Part shown: piece after piece, positions 9,351 to 21,523 of the stretch
Position numbering within the stretch: position 1 is the stretch's first letter
How the letters are laid out: every line of letters starts with the position of its first letter
Assembly (NCBI GenBank): GCA_964477125.1
Contig: CAYZCZ010000001.1
Location: forward strand, 43,790-107,789
Direction of reading: 5' to 3'
DNA from: an uncultured Candidatus Saccharibacteria bacterium
GTDB lineage: Bacteria; Patescibacteriota; Saccharimonadia; Saccharimonadales; CAIOMD01
DNA length: 64,000 bases
The notes under the pieces: model-generated
The model's input: the letters and a program-made list of their open reading frames with translations, nothing else
Databases searched by the model: none
What the model was told of the DNA's origin: nothing
Position numbers and translations under genes: made by a program

Positions 9351-10552
9351 TTCTTATAGTACCGTTTTAACCACTCATCTTTAATTTCAAAAAAGTTATC
9401 GTCTATAATACTTTGACGAATATCGTCTACAAGTTTTACTATGAAATGTTCGTTATGAATGGTGGCTAATGTAGAAGCTAATCTTTCACCAGATTTAAAA
9501 AGATGATGTAGGTATGCTTTAGAATAATTTGAACATGTATAGCACAAACAATTTTCAACTAATTGGCTGAAATCGTCGACAAATCTTGCGTTAGTAACAG
9601 TGAAACGCCCATCTAAAGTATATATTGAACCATTACGGCCTATTCGGGCAGGGGATACGCAATCGAAAGTATCTATACCATTTTCTATACCAATAAAAAT
9701 ATCATCAGGTTCGCTTAAACCTAGTAAGTGCTTAGGTTTATTTTCAGGTAAAATATCATTGCACCATTTAACTATAGTTGCTAATTTTTCTTTTTCCAAA
9801 GCCCCACCAATACCATAGCCATCAAAGGGAAGTGCTCCCATAAACTTGCTAGCCTTTTCCCTCAGGTTTTGATAGTTTGCTCCCTGAATTACGCCATATA
9901 ATGCCTGATAGGGCTTATCGGTTCTTGCATGCGTAAGTATTTCATGTTCAGATAGGCATCTTTCAGCCCATTTATGGGTTCGCTCTAAAGATAAACATTG
10001 GTAGCTATATGGTTGAGCAATTGATGTACATTCATCAAAGGCAAACATAATATCAGCACCTAGTTCATGTTGTATTTGCATTGAACTTTCTGGAGTAAAA
10101 CGATGCATACTCCCATCTATATGAGATTTAAAAGTAACGCCTTCATCATCTACCCGGGCAAGCCTTTCGCCTTTACGTGTAGTGGCATTTTTTTCTTCGG
10201 CATTTCCGTCCATTGTAATAACTTTCTTAAATCCAACACCAAGGCTAAGTACCTGGAAGCCTCCACTATCCGTAAAGGTAGGTCCTTGCCAATTCATAAA
10301 CTTACCAACACCACCAGCCATGTCAATTCTTTTTGAGCCAGGCTGTAGATATAGGTGGTAAGCATTGGCTAAGACTGCTTGGGCCCCAGTTTGTTTAATT
10401 TGTTCAGGTGTTAATGCTTTAACAGTAGCTTTCGTACCTACGACAATAAATGCTGGAGTTTTAATATCACCATGAGGTGTATGTATCACGCCGGCCCTAG
10501 CAAGTGATCCGCTTAATTTCTTTTCAATTGTAAAATCAAAATTATTTAACAT
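9347..10552 (-). CDS. tgt: tRNA-guanine(34) transglycosylase
   Basis: TPHG.I.TP.F..VGT, NAYHL, TDSGGFQV.SL, FDEC, QG, HLLG, D.FDCV.P.R, Zn site CLCYTC...H. Confidence 0.96.
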   Translation of the reverse strand: MLNNFDFTIEKKLSGSLARAGVIHTPHGDIKTPAFIVVGTKATVKALTPEQIKQTGAQAVLANAYHLYLQPGSKRIDMAGGVGKFMNWQGPTFTDSGGFQVLSLGVGFKKVITMDGNAEEKNATTRKGERLARVDDEGVTFKSHIDGSMHRFTPESSMQIQHELGADIMFAFDECTSIAQPYSYQCLSLERTHKWAERCLSEHEILTHARTDKPYQALYGVIQGANYQNLREKASKFMGALPFDGYGIGGALEKEKLATIVKWCNDILPENKPKHLLGLSEPDDIFIGIENGIDTFDCVSPARIGRNGSIYTLDGRFTVTNARFVDDFSQLVENCLCYTCSNYSKAYLHHLFKSGERLASTLATIHNEHFIVKLVDDIRQSIIDDNFFEIKDEWLKRYYKN

Positions 10553-10575
10553 CTGTATAAGTATAGCTGATTAGT

Positions 10576-10746
10576 TTAGTAGTTTTGGATAATTTTGTAA
10601 GCTACGAACAAACCTAAAAACGCACCTATGATACTGCCTATGATACTCATAACACTAAAACCATCTACATGGAATAAAACAACAGGTAGATATGCACCAA
10701 CTAAACCGCCAACTCCAATTGCTAGGTAGACTAGTTTTTTATCCAT
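10576..10746 (-). CDS. Small (56 aa) two-TM glycine-zipper membrane protein, absent from the ORF track
   Basis: Hand translation MDKKLVYLAIGVGGLVGAYLPVVLFHVDGFSVMSIIGSIIGAFLGLFVAYKIIQNY*; starts 5 nt after the GT4 stop. Confidence 0.8.
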   Translation of the reverse strand: MDKKLVYLAIGVGGLVGAYLPVVLFHVDGFSVMSIIGSIIGAFLGLFVAYKIIQNY

Positions 10747-10751
10747 ACAAA

Positions 10752-11879
10752 TTAGCTCCTATACAATTTTAATATTTGTTTTCCTACATGCTCTACATCA
10801 AACTGTTGAACAAATTCACTGGCCCATTTAGCCGCTAATAAACGACTTTCTGGGTGTTCTAAATAGTATTGTATCCTACCAGCAAATGTAATCGGATCAT
10901 TAGGATCTATAAGCAAATCGGGGTAATCTTCCAACACTGTCCTATAGCCTACATTATTACCACCCATTACAACCCTGGACCCAGACGCCATTGCCTCAAT
11001 TAAAACTATACCAAAACTTTCACCACCTGTACTAGGGAAGACGGCAATATCGGCGCCTGCTAATAATTTTGGTTTTTCTGCCTCAGAAACAAAACCTATA
11101 AAAGTAACTTTCTTAATATTATTTTTAATAGCATACATAGCTAATTCGGTTTTTAATGGTCCCGTGCCAGCAATCACTACTTTATAGGGCCCAGTGTAAG
11201 TGTTTTGTAATACCAAAAGCGCATCTAGTAGTTGCTTGCATCCTTTACGTTCCACCAATCTACCCAAGAACACAATTGTCGGTACAACGTGGTTCACTGG
11301 CTTGTGAAAATACTTTTTAGTGTCTACTACATTAGGAATAACTACAGAGTCATACCCAAAGGCTGATTTTGCAAAACTTCCTGCTGCGGTAGAAACACAG
11401 ACTATTTTATTGAATCTTTTAGCTGTTTTTTGGTTTAAGTATTTAAGCCCAGTGGAACTAGCAGAATGTAGTCTGTTAGCGGGGACAATATGGAATGTTC
11501 CTACAACCTGCACCTTAGATCCAACGGCTTCAATTACTCGACCCGCAAATAATGGGCTATAAGGCATTTGAACATGTAGCACGTCGAGGTTTAAATCTTT
11601 TAGTTTTTGTATAATTTGTTTCTTACTTGATGGCAGGGGAATGCTCAAACGGTTTTTATTAAATCTTACCTTAACGTTTTTCGCCATAGAATGTACGTTA
11701 TCAATATCTTTACGTTTAGTTTGCCCAACCAAATAATGGACATCGTGCCCTTGGCTTGATAACCATTTACCTAAACTAATAACATACTGCTGAACACCAT
11801 CTGTGGTATCTAATGTGTCATCTAACACGAATCCAATGTTTAGTTTAGTTTTATTTTTTATAGTATTTTTTGTTTCCAT
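10752..11879 (-). CDS. Glycosyltransferase family 4, PimA-like
   Basis: DGVQ, LHVQMP, GTFH, FLGRLVERKG, GESFGIVLIEAMA. Confidence 0.9.
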   Translation of the reverse strand: METKNTIKNKTKLNIGFVLDDTLDTTDGVQQYVISLGKWLSSQGHDVHYLVGQTKRKDIDNVHSMAKNVKVRFNKNRLSIPLPSSKKQIIQKLKDLNLDVLHVQMPYSPLFAGRVIEAVGSKVQVVGTFHIVPANRLHSASSTGLKYLNQKTAKRFNKIVCVSTAAGSFAKSAFGYDSVVIPNVVDTKKYFHKPVNHVVPTIVFLGRLVERKGCKQLLDALLVLQNTYTGPYKVVIAGTGPLKTELAMYAIKNNIKKVTFIGFVSEAEKPKLLAGADIAVFPSTGGESFGIVLIEAMASGSRVVMGGNNVGYRTVLEDYPDLLIDPNDPITFAGRIQYYLEHPESRLLAAKWASEFVQQFDVEHVGKQILKLYRS

Positions 11880-11886
11880 AAATTAA

Positions 11887-13011
11887 TTATCTATTATTGT
11901 CTTTTAATGCTTTTTTATAGACATCCTCATACATATTAGCAATTATTTCTGATCTGTACTTTTCAACTTCTTCCTTAGCCCACTTTTTCCATATTTTACG
12001 GATATCCTGATCATATAGCATCAGTTCTAGCCGCTGAGCAAAATCAACACAAGATTTAGGGTTTACTAAACTTAGCCTTCCTTTGCCAGTCATTACGCTT
12101 GCATATCCTACATTATTACCAGCTACAACAGGAGTACTAACGGCCATTGCCTCCAACAAAACAATCCCAAAACTTTCACCATAAGGGGCAGGGGAACAGT
12201 ATAAATCGGCATCAGACATAAGCTTGACCTTTTCGTTCTCTGGGATATAACCTAAAAATTCAACGTTTTTAATTTTATGCTGGCTAACATATTTTTCCAA
12301 TGTTTTACGTTTAACACCACTGCCAGCAATTTTAAGCTGAACGTCCGTATGATACTTGCTTAAATATTGAAATGCATCTAATAAATACTCGAGCCCTTTT
12401 CGTTTTTCTAATCGGCCTAGGAATAGAATCGTTTTCATTGTTCTATCTTTTTTAGTTGGCATTACTTGAAATTTATTTAAGTCAATGCCGTTAGGAACAA
12501 TCTCCAATGGTCTATTTGTCATATTGGCCACATACTCGGATGCAGCCTCAGAAACAGCTGTAAGTTCGTGTAAATAGCTTAGAACGCTCTTTGTATACGG
12601 ACCAACAGAGCCTATTAATGATTTACTCATAAAAGTTTCTGGACTTTTTGCATGGAAAGTTGCGATATTTACCGCCGAAGAACGTGTAAGAATTTGTCTT
12701 GAAAGTAGTGGAACCCATGGTTCATGAAAATGTAATATATCAAACTTTTCATTTGCAAGTATATTCTCTATTTCATCTCCCCCGGCTTCGAAACCAATAT
12801 CTACCATAGTGGCCATAGTATTTACCTTGGCGCTGCGGCCCAATAGAATAAAATCTTTCGGAGTCTCACCGTTAAAAGCACGTGGCTTAGGGGTGATAAT
12901 CCTAACCTCATATCCTTTTTGTACTAAATTATTATGTAGCTGTACTACTACATCCTGAACGCCTCCCGCAAACTGAAACATGTTATAGGGGCAGACAATG
13001 CCAATTTTCAT
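11887..13011 (-). CDS. Glycosyltransferase family 4, PimA-like (phosphatidylinositol mannosyltransferase-like)
   Basis: MKIGIVCPY...GGVQ, LHFHEP, ATFH, VPNG, FLGRLEKRKG, GESFGIVLLEAMA closely follow the PimA motifs. Confidence 0.9.
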   Translation of the reverse strand: MKIGIVCPYNMFQFAGGVQDVVVQLHNNLVQKGYEVRIITPKPRAFNGETPKDFILLGRSAKVNTMATMVDIGFEAGGDEIENILANEKFDILHFHEPWVPLLSRQILTRSSAVNIATFHAKSPETFMSKSLIGSVGPYTKSVLSYLHELTAVSEAASEYVANMTNRPLEIVPNGIDLNKFQVMPTKKDRTMKTILFLGRLEKRKGLEYLLDAFQYLSKYHTDVQLKIAGSGVKRKTLEKYVSQHKIKNVEFLGYIPENEKVKLMSDADLYCSPAPYGESFGIVLLEAMAVSTPVVAGNNVGYASVMTGKGRLSLVNPKSCVDFAQRLELMLYDQDIRKIWKKWAKEEVEKYRSEIIANMYEDVYKKALKDNNR

Positions 13012-13059
13012 ATGCTCATTATATCAAAATAAGGTATGAAGGCATACTCGAAGGCTTTT

Positions 13060-14001
13060 CTAAGATATTTTAGACAGACGTTTTCTTAATTCTTTTGGAA
13101 TAAATGACTTAGCACTTTCGGCGTCGCCAATAACAGTTGGAGCATGGTTGCCTAAACCAGCTTTCATTACTTCAACTTTGTTAAATATCTTTTTTAAATT
13201 CTTTTTAACAGAAGCATTATTAAAATATTGGTCTACACCTACCGTGATGTGTAAAAGGCTATGGTCAACCTTAGTATTGGTTAGATCCAGGCTCATCATT
13301 TCAGCTGTGGTTAACATATGGGTCCGTACATCATTGCAATGCCACAAATATACTTCAAACTTTGTCCTTTTACGCAGTTCTTTTAAGTCTGCACCTTTCA
13401 TTTTAGGATGTATTTTTGATACTGACCAGTAACCGAATCGTATTGCTGGCCCGTTAAGAAAAACATACCTCACAATTGGCGCAGATAGTTTGGTACTACA
13501 TATTAAACTTGCGAATCTAAATGAGCTCTTCATGCGTTTGCTAAATTTAAAATCATCAGAATTTGCAAAACCAACCAAGCTTACTAGTAAAACTATTTTT
13601 TTAGAAAGCTCTGGGTACTTTTGCAACATTCTGGTTACGACTACAAACCCAAAACTCATCCCAACTATAGAAACTTTTTTATTTCGGTAATGTAGTTTTA
13701 TAAAAGTTGCTAGGTAATCGGCAAAATTATCAATACTAGGTTTTTTATGAAGTACATCAAAACTATCCATGCCTCCAAACCCTGGTAAGTCAGGCATTAA
13801 GACATTTCCATATTCAGAAATATTTTCAACAATTCCATACATACGCTCCAAACTAGAGTGATGACCGTAGATTACCAATATATGCTGTTTGGAAAACTTA
13901 GGTTTTTTAGCAGGTACTTTTAAAAGACGTCCATTTAAGCCGTTAATATTAAGTTGGCTAATAAGCCCCTCGGGTACTGTTACTATGTTTTGTTTCATCA
14001 A
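13060..14001 (-). CDS. Alpha/beta hydrolase
   Basis: PDLPGFG, nucleophile elbow GMSFG, putative Asp (VDQY) and His (NHAP). Confidence 0.85.
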   Translation of the reverse strand: MMKQNIVTVPEGLISQLNINGLNGRLLKVPAKKPKFSKQHILVIYGHHSSLERMYGIVENISEYGNVLMPDLPGFGGMDSFDVLHKKPSIDNFADYLATFIKLHYRNKKVSIVGMSFGFVVVTRMLQKYPELSKKIVLLVSLVGFANSDDFKFSKRMKSSFRFASLICSTKLSAPIVRYVFLNGPAIRFGYWSVSKIHPKMKGADLKELRKRTKFEVYLWHCNDVRTHMLTTAEMMSLDLTNTKVDHSLLHITVGVDQYFNNASVKKNLKKIFNKVEVMKAGLGNHAPTVIGDAESAKSFIPKELRKRLSKIS

Positions 14002-14082
14002 TAAAAAACCTTAACTAACAGTGTACCTAAAAAGGGGTTCGTTTGTCTAACTACTTATATAAAATTTTTTGATATAAATGAA

Positions 14083-14583
14083 TTAAGGGTTAACTGTAAT
14101 CGAGATGTCATTACACTTGGTTCCACATGCATTTTTTAATTGCTTGGCAACTGTCGATAGAGACTCATTTTGTTTGGTTAGTAAAATAACTTTCGTTGAG
14201 TTATCTTTACTATCATACGTTAGGCTGTAATTTTCCGCTTTTAACTTGGTAATTTCGGCGTTAGCGGTATCGGCATCTTTGTGTAGTTTTTGGATTTGAG
14301 TATACTGGTAAGCTGCAAAAGCTCCAGTTGCCAAAAATAGTACAGCAAATAATACAGTAAGTACCTTAAATTTCTTGCCCGAACCACTATTTCCATTGCC
14401 ACTAATTGGCAAATTGTTAGGGTGGCTTTCAAAGCTAGGAGCTGGTTGGTCGTTAGCTGGGCCTAAATCTGTTAAATTATCGCTTTCGTAGCTAACATTT
14501 GCTGGCTGAGTATCAGGCGCTCTTGGTGGCAACGGGCCACCTGACATTCCATCTACACTTCTATTCGGCTTAAAATCGTCCAC
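14083..14583 (-). CDS. Hypothetical single-pass membrane protein (disordered N-terminus, coiled coil, C-terminal CxxxC)
   Basis: GTG start with GGGGG SD; Pro/Asn-rich region, TM VLTVLFAVLFLATGAFAAY, heptad repeats. Confidence 0.7.
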   Translation of the reverse strand: MDDFKPNRSVDGMSGGPLPPRAPDTQPANVSYESDNLTDLGPANDQPAPSFESHPNNLPISGNGNSGSGKKFKVLTVLFAVLFLATGAFAAYQYTQIQKLHKDADTANAEITKLKAENYSLTYDSKDNSTKVILLTKQNESLSTVAKQLKNACGTKCNDISITVNP

Positions 14584-14654
14584 TCTGTTCCCCCCATTTA
14601 AGAACTAATATTTTATATGTCTAGTATAAGCGACACTCTTTAAAAATACAACGC

Positions 14655-15668
14655 TTACGCTTCAGAAACTAAAAATACTTTTTGGCTACCATTGGTTAAT
14701 GTTGCAGATGAAGCAAGAGTGTATACTAGTTCGCCATAAAATGCTTTCGAGGCAACATCATCACTACCTTGACCTATTCTTTCTGCAATTTTCATAACAG
14801 CTGGCATATCATATGAAAATGCTTGATAATAACCTGAAGTGATTTCATCAACCTTTCTTTGATTAAACGTTATTCCTCCGACTAAATTAATTACTATAGC
14901 TCGTTCTTTGTGAGAAGAGCTTTTATTTAAAGAAGGGATTACAGCGCCTGATTGCTCAGATACATTTTTAGCAAAATTTCCATTATATTCTGAAAAGCCA
15001 ATAGCCTGAAAAGCCCGCAGATAATTATCCATAACCTCATCCATTATACTTTGGTTATACTTCACGTCTGGAGAATCAATTGCCTCAATTATATCTTGGA
15101 TAGAAAGTTCAATTTGACTCCGGTATTTTTGGCTGTTTGAAATAATATTCGGAAAATTATCTACCGCTCCACAACCTGTTCTTGATTGATCAGCATTATC
15201 ATCAATATGACCACCAAATTCAATGTTATTTTCTTTCATAAAATTTGCAGCAAGAGAAATTTGATTTCTATAATCAGGCTCAATATGTCCGCAACCTATT
15301 AATGCAGCAGTTGTATGCATTAAGCTTCCGCCAGCTACCTTATACCTTGCTTCTATGAGCTCTTCGGCTATACGCCCATCTATACAGCCACAAGCACGAA
15401 CAACTATACCACTTGGGTCTTCATCTACTATTAAAAAATTGTTTGGACCATTAACAATAAAATTATCTCCAATTTCTAAAGTATCTGGCGATTCAACTTC
15501 CGAACCCTCAGATTGATTTCGGTCAATTGCACCTTCACCAAATCCCAAGCCGGGGTGTCCCGCGAAGTATAATTCTTTAACTTTTATCGAAATTGCTAAC
15601 TCTGTCGTATCTTGCTGGCTTTCAGCATACGTATTTTGAGACATGTCTAAAAAACCTTCTTTTTCCAT
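14655..15668 (-). CDS. Cadmium/zeta-type (CDCA-like) carbonic anhydrase homologue; start uncertain
   Basis: CIDGR, AGG, GGH...GCGA metal-ligand pattern, later H.E..IV.N motif. Confidence 0.65.
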   Translation of the reverse strand: MEKEGFLDMSQNTYAESQQDTTELAISIKVKELYFAGHPGLGFGEGAIDRNQSEGSEVESPDTLEIGDNFIVNGPNNFLIVDEDPSGIVVRACGCIDGRIAEELIEARYKVAGGSLMHTTAALIGCGHIEPDYRNQISLAANFMKENNIEFGGHIDDNADQSRTGCGAVDNFPNIISNSQKYRSQIELSIQDIIEAIDSPDVKYNQSIMDEVMDNYLRAFQAIGFSEYNGNFAKNVSEQSGAVIPSLNKSSSHKERAIVINLVGGITFNQRKVDEITSGYYQAFSYDMPAVMKIAERIGQGSDDVASKAFYGELVYTLASSATLTNGSQKVFLVSEA

Positions 15669-15799
15669 ATTATTTTGCCTTAGATGCTTAATATTTATAG
15701 TACAAATACCAACATACCACCAAATTATAGTATTCACCACTCTATATATAGTGATTTTTCATAAGTGACTACGCTATTAAGAAGTGGTAATATTTATAC

Positions 15800-16081
15800 A
15801 TGACTAGCCCTTGGGAGAAATTATCAATCGGCAATATTAGCGAACGAGCATTAAGCGAACTTAGTTATATTGAGTTTGAAGATCCAGGTATGAAAAAAAA
15901 TATATTTGAGTTTTCTCAAAAAAATCCAAAATTGTTTCAAATTTTGACAAAACTAGCCTATGAAATGTCAGAAGCAAAGCGTTTATCTAGTTCGCAATCA
16001 GCAAGCTATGAAGATCTTGTAAAATATGCTACGAAGCTAGTCTTGCTAATTCAACTAGCAAATGAAGACCTCGATAATTAA
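15800..16081 (+). CDS. Hypothetical small helical protein
   Basis: 93 aa ORF; TAATAT -10 box 6 nt before ATG; stop overlaps the atpC stop convergently. Confidence 0.6.
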   Translation: MTSPWEKLSIGNISERALSELSYIEFEDPGMKKNIFEFSQKNPKLFQILTKLAYEMSEAKRLSSSQSASYEDLVKYATKLVLLIQLANEDLDN

Positions 16082-16490
16082 TTTTTCTTACGGCGTCGGA
16101 CACGGGAAACATTAAGTCGGACGCTGTGTCTATCAATTAGATCTTGCGCTTGGCTTAAGGCATGCCTATCTTTGGCAGATTCCTTTAGTTCATGTGCAAG
16201 CTCTAGAGCCTGTTTAATTTCTTCTTCAATGAGTTCATCAACGTGCTCGGCTTCATCAACCAGTATCTTAACCTGCGAATCGCTTGAAACATTTACCACA
16301 CCACCAAATACAGAAAAGACGTCATCATTACCTTTATCATCAATTATAGTTAAAGCACCCGGTTCAATAACACCCATGAAAGGTTCATGGCCAGTTAGTA
16401 TTACCATATCTCCCTCAGTAGTTCGTAGCATAACCTCTTTTGCGGGGCTACTAAACTTTTCTCCAGATAATGTTAATACTTTTACATCCA

Positions 16491-16491
<1 letters not shown>
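16078..16491 (-). CDS. atpC: ATP synthase F1 epsilon
   Basis: EGDMVILTGHEP, GGVV.V, last gene of the atp operon. Confidence 0.93.
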
Positions 16492-18109
<1,618 letters not shown>

Positions 18110-18121
18110 TACTAATTCCTT

Positions 18122-19003
18122 TTACTTTATTGCCTGAGCTCCGGCACTTATTTCTGCTAATTCTTGTGTAATCGCCGCCTGGCGGGCATTATTAAATGCT
18201 AACGTTAAATCATCTATTAAGTCGCTAGCATTATCAGTAGCATTCTTCATTGCTAACATTCGTGACGCATGCTCGCTGGCAATAGACTCTAAAATAAATT
18301 GAGTAAGGCTAGCTTCTAAGTACAGTTTAGAAACATAATCTACTAAATACTCACCACTTGGCTCGTAAGTTTTCTCTAATACACTTGAATTATTACTATC
18401 CGGAGACGAAAGGGGCAAAATTTTTTCAGTGACAGTTTCTTGCTTAACAGTAGATGTGAATTTAGTATAAATTACATAAACTTCACTAACTTGGCCACTA
18501 GTAAATAAATCTATAGATTCTTTTAAAATAGGTTGGGCTAATCCACTATCGGCGTCTGCAACAGAAAGGGAGTAGGCGGCAATTTCATCTACTTCCTCTA
18601 AATTATAAGGGTCATCAACACCATTAATTTTGGTAACAAATAAGGAAGCGTAGCGACCTACACTTATAATTTTATGCCTAGTGGATCCTTCTTTTAAATG
18701 CTTCGTTAATGCTCTAATTACATTACTGTTGTAGGCACCAGCCAAACCACGGTCACTACTAATGGCAATAACTAGGGTGTGCTTGGCTTTATTCGTAGAA
18801 AATAATTTAGAACTGATAGAAGCGTTAGAGGCAGATAGCTCGCTAATTATTGATTTGGTAGCTTCTAAATAAGCCCTTGGGCCAGTGGCTGCTTCTTGGG
18901 CTTTTCTAAGCTTGCTAGCGGCAACTAATTGCATGGCTTTAGTAATCTGCCTAGTATTCGAGACAGATCCAATTCTTCCTTTAATTCCTTGCCCGGATGC
19001 CAT
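18122..19003 (-). CDS. atpG: ATP synthase F1 gamma
   Basis: QITKAMQLVAASK, SDRGLAGAYN, SEHASRM.AMKNATDNA, RQAAITQELAEI. Confidence 0.98.
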   Translation of the reverse strand: MASGQGIKGRIGSVSNTRQITKAMQLVAASKLRKAQEAATGPRAYLEATKSIISELSASNASISSKLFSTNKAKHTLVIAISSDRGLAGAYNSNVIRALTKHLKEGSTRHKIISVGRYASLFVTKINGVDDPYNLEEVDEIAAYSLSVADADSGLAQPILKESIDLFTSGQVSEVYVIYTKFTSTVKQETVTEKILPLSSPDSNNSSVLEKTYEPSGEYLVDYVSKLYLEASLTQFILESIASEHASRMLAMKNATDNASDLIDDLTLAFNNARQAAITQELAEISAGAQAIK

Positions 19004-19009
19004 TAAGTT

Positions 19010-20557
19010 TTAAGCCTTTTTCCTTTCGCCAAAACTACTAGCTACTTTAACTGCAAGTTCGGAAATCACATTTAAATCTGATTTTTCCGGTTTTGTGCCA
19101 TCGTTAAGTGAGTTATACAGTTTCTTATGGTTTTCTTTAACGTTACTTATTAACTGATGAGCAGCCGGTTGTATATCTTTTTCATTCAATTCATCAAAAG
19201 CACCACTTGTAGCACCAATTAGAATTATCACTTGCTCGGCAACACTTAATGGCTGGTACTGTTTTTGCTTTAGAACTTCCGTTAACAAACGGCCCCTAGC
19301 AATACGTTTTTTAGTGTCTTCGTCTAAATCACTGGCGAACTGAGCAAAACTAGCAAGTTCCCTAAACTGGGCGAGTTCTAGCCTTAATGTTCCAGCAACA
19401 CTTTTAGTAGCTTTTGTTTGGGCAGCCCCACCAACACGGCTTACACTCAAACCAACAGAAATAGCTGGTCTTATGCCTTGATAGAATAAATTAGTCTCAA
19501 GAAATATCTGACCATCAGTAATTGAAATAACATTTGTTGGTATATAAGCACTAACATCGCCTGCTTGTGTTTCAATAATTGGCAATGCAGTAAGACTACC
19601 AGCACCGAGTTCGTCAGATAATTTGGCCGCTCGTTCCAATAAACGGGAATGCAAATAAAAAACATCACCAGGGTAAGCTTCACGGCCTGGTGGACGCTTT
19701 AATAGCAGTGACATTTGCCGGTAGGCAACAGCGTGCTTTGATAAATCATCATAGATAATTAATGAATGCCCCTTGGTATCACGAAAATATTCAGCCATAG
19801 CGGTACCAGAATATGGGGCTAAATATAGTAAGCTAGCAGGGTCGGCAGGGCTTGTAGCCACAACAATTGTTTGGTCCATTACTCCTTCGGTTTTTAGCCG
19901 ATCAACTAACGCAGCCACTTTTGCACGTTTTTGGCCTATAGCAACATATACGTTTACTACGCCAGTTTTTTGCTTGGCCTGGTTAATCATTGTATCTATA
20001 GCGATAGCTGTCTTACCAGTTTGGCGATCACCAATAATAAGTTCACGCTGACCACGTCCAATAGGAACCATTGTATCTATAGCAATAATACCGGTCGCCA
20101 ATGGTTCGTGGACGCTTTTACGATCCATAACACCAGGAGCATTACGTTCAATAAGGCCTTTTTTAGCAGTCTTAATTGGTCCTAATCCATCTAGCGGTCG
20201 ACCCAATGGGTCTACAACACGTCCAATAAGTTCTGAACCTACTGGAACTTCTAGCGTAGTGCCAGTAAGTGTTGCCTTGGCACCAGCACTTACGCCAATT
20301 TCACTGTCTAAAAGTACAGCACCAATTTCGTCTTCATTAAGGTTCAAGGCAAAAGCACGAGCAGGTGCAGATCCCTTAATTTCTATTTCAATTACATCAC
20401 TATAGCCACACTTTTTTAAACCATATACCCAAACAACACCATCACTAACCCTAGTGACAACGCCTGATGACTCAAAATCACCAGTTTGGCTAATGCCAGA
20501 AATGGCCGCCTCAAGCTCTTGGCTCAAATTTTTAACATTTAAATCATTCACATTCAT
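19010..20557 (-). CDS. atpA: ATP synthase F1 alpha
   Basis: [40 protein letters not shown]. Confidence 0.99.
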   Translation of the reverse strand: MNVNDLNVKNLSQELEAAISGISQTGDFESSGVVTRVSDGVVWVYGLKKCGYSDVIEIEIKGSAPARAFALNLNEDEIGAVLLDSEIGVSAGAKATLTGTTLEVPVGSELIGRVVDPLGRPLDGLGPIKTAKKGLIERNAPGVMDRKSVHEPLATGIIAIDTMVPIGRGQRELIIGDRQTGKTAIAIDTMINQAKQKTGVVNVYVAIGQKRAKVAALVDRLKTEGVMDQTIVVATSPADPASLLYLAPYSGTAMAEYFRDTKGHSLIIYDDLSKHAVAYRQMSLLLKRPPGREAYPGDVFYLHSRLLERAAKLSDELGAGSLTALPIIETQAGDVSAYIPTNVISITDGQIFLETNLFYQGIRPAISVGLSVSRVGGAAQTKATKSVAGTLRLELAQFRELASFAQFASDLDEDTKKRIARGRLLTEVLKQKQYQPLSVAEQVIILIGATSGAFDELNEKDIQPAAHQLISNVKENHKKLYNSLNDGTKPEKSDLNVISELAVKVASSFGERKKA

Positions 20558-20568
20558 ACCTCTTTCAA

Positions 20569-20964
20569 CTATCCAATATTTTCAACTAGCTTTGCTAAGC
20601 TTCTTTTTACCGAACTATCTAACATGCCTTCTGGTAGTTCAATTTTTATGCCACCAATTAAGCTTTCGTCGCATAAAAACACAACTTCCATTTTTTCGGC
20701 ATTCATTTTTTTCTTTAACGACTCAGTGACATTTTTCTGCTCACTACTACTTAGTGGTTTTGCTGTTGAAACTTTGGCAAAATAGTATCCAGAATCGTCA
20801 GCAAGTACCTTGGCCACATCTAAGCTCAAATATTTTAATTCTTTAGATCGACCAGCATTCTTCATCCAGGCAGCAGCTCTATCTATGGCAATTTTGCGTG
20901 CCTTAGGATTACCAGATTTAATCTGTGTAGCCAAGTATTGAGCTGTTTGTGTCCTAGATGGCAT
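20569..20964 (-). CDS. atpH: ATP synthase F1 delta (short, N-terminally reduced form)
   Basis: C-terminal VSTAKPL...[10 protein letters not shown]...LDSSVK; position between atpF and atpA. Confidence 0.88.
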   Translation of the reverse strand: MPSRTQTAQYLATQIKSGNPKARKIAIDRAAAWMKNAGRSKELKYLSLDVAKVLADDSGYYFAKVSTAKPLSSSEQKNVTESLKKKMNAEKMEVVFLCDESLIGGIKIELPEGMLDSSVKRSLAKLVENIG

Positions 20965-20967
20965 TTC

Positions 20968-21495
20968 TTACCTTAAAGCCTTTTCTATTAGTGCCTTATC
21001 TTTAGCAGTGTCCATTTTGTCACCAATAATTTCGGCGGATACTTCAGCAATTAACTTAGCATTTTCTTTCTTTAAGGCAACTTTTGCTTTATCTACTTCA
21101 ACTTTTAGCTGTTCTTTAGCTTCAAAAATAATGCGTTCCGACTTAACATTCGCTTTATCCTCAACCTGTTTTAACATTTTCGAAGCATCGTTTTGTGCAC
21201 TATGCAATAAATCTTCAGCTTGAGACCTAGCCTCTTTAAGTAAATCTTCGGCCTTAGCTTCGGCTTGATTTAGCTCATCAGACGCTTGTTTAGAGCGTTC
21301 TAGTCCAGCATCAATTTCTGCTCTACGCTCATCAATAGCTTTAAACAGTTTTTTCAAAACAAATTTATTTAAAAAGTAAACAATTATAGCAAAAGTGATT
21401 AACTGAAAAAGGAAAGCTTTCCAGTTTAAGCCAAGGGCACCGATACCACTAGCTTCTGGCTGGCTGGCTGTTTCTGAGGCAATATAATTTATCAC
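20968..21495 (-). CDS. atpF: ATP synthase Fo subunit b
   Basis: N-terminal TM FLFQLITFAII, IDERR, long coiled coil. Confidence 0.95.
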   Translation of the reverse strand: MINYIASETASQPEASGIGALGLNWKAFLFQLITFAIIVYFLNKFVLKKLFKAIDERRAEIDAGLERSKQASDELNQAEAKAEDLLKEARSQAEDLLHSAQNDASKMLKQVEDKANVKSERIIFEAKEQLKVEVDKAKVALKKENAKLIAEVSAEIIGDKMDTAKDKALIEKALR

Positions 21496-21523
21496 TATTT
21501 CTTACTAATCCTTATTAATTAAC

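Noticed and set aside
10625-10647. Tandem repeat CCTATGATACT
   Set aside because: It encodes SIIG-SIIG in the small membrane protein; two copies only, not a CRISPR or regulatory repeat.
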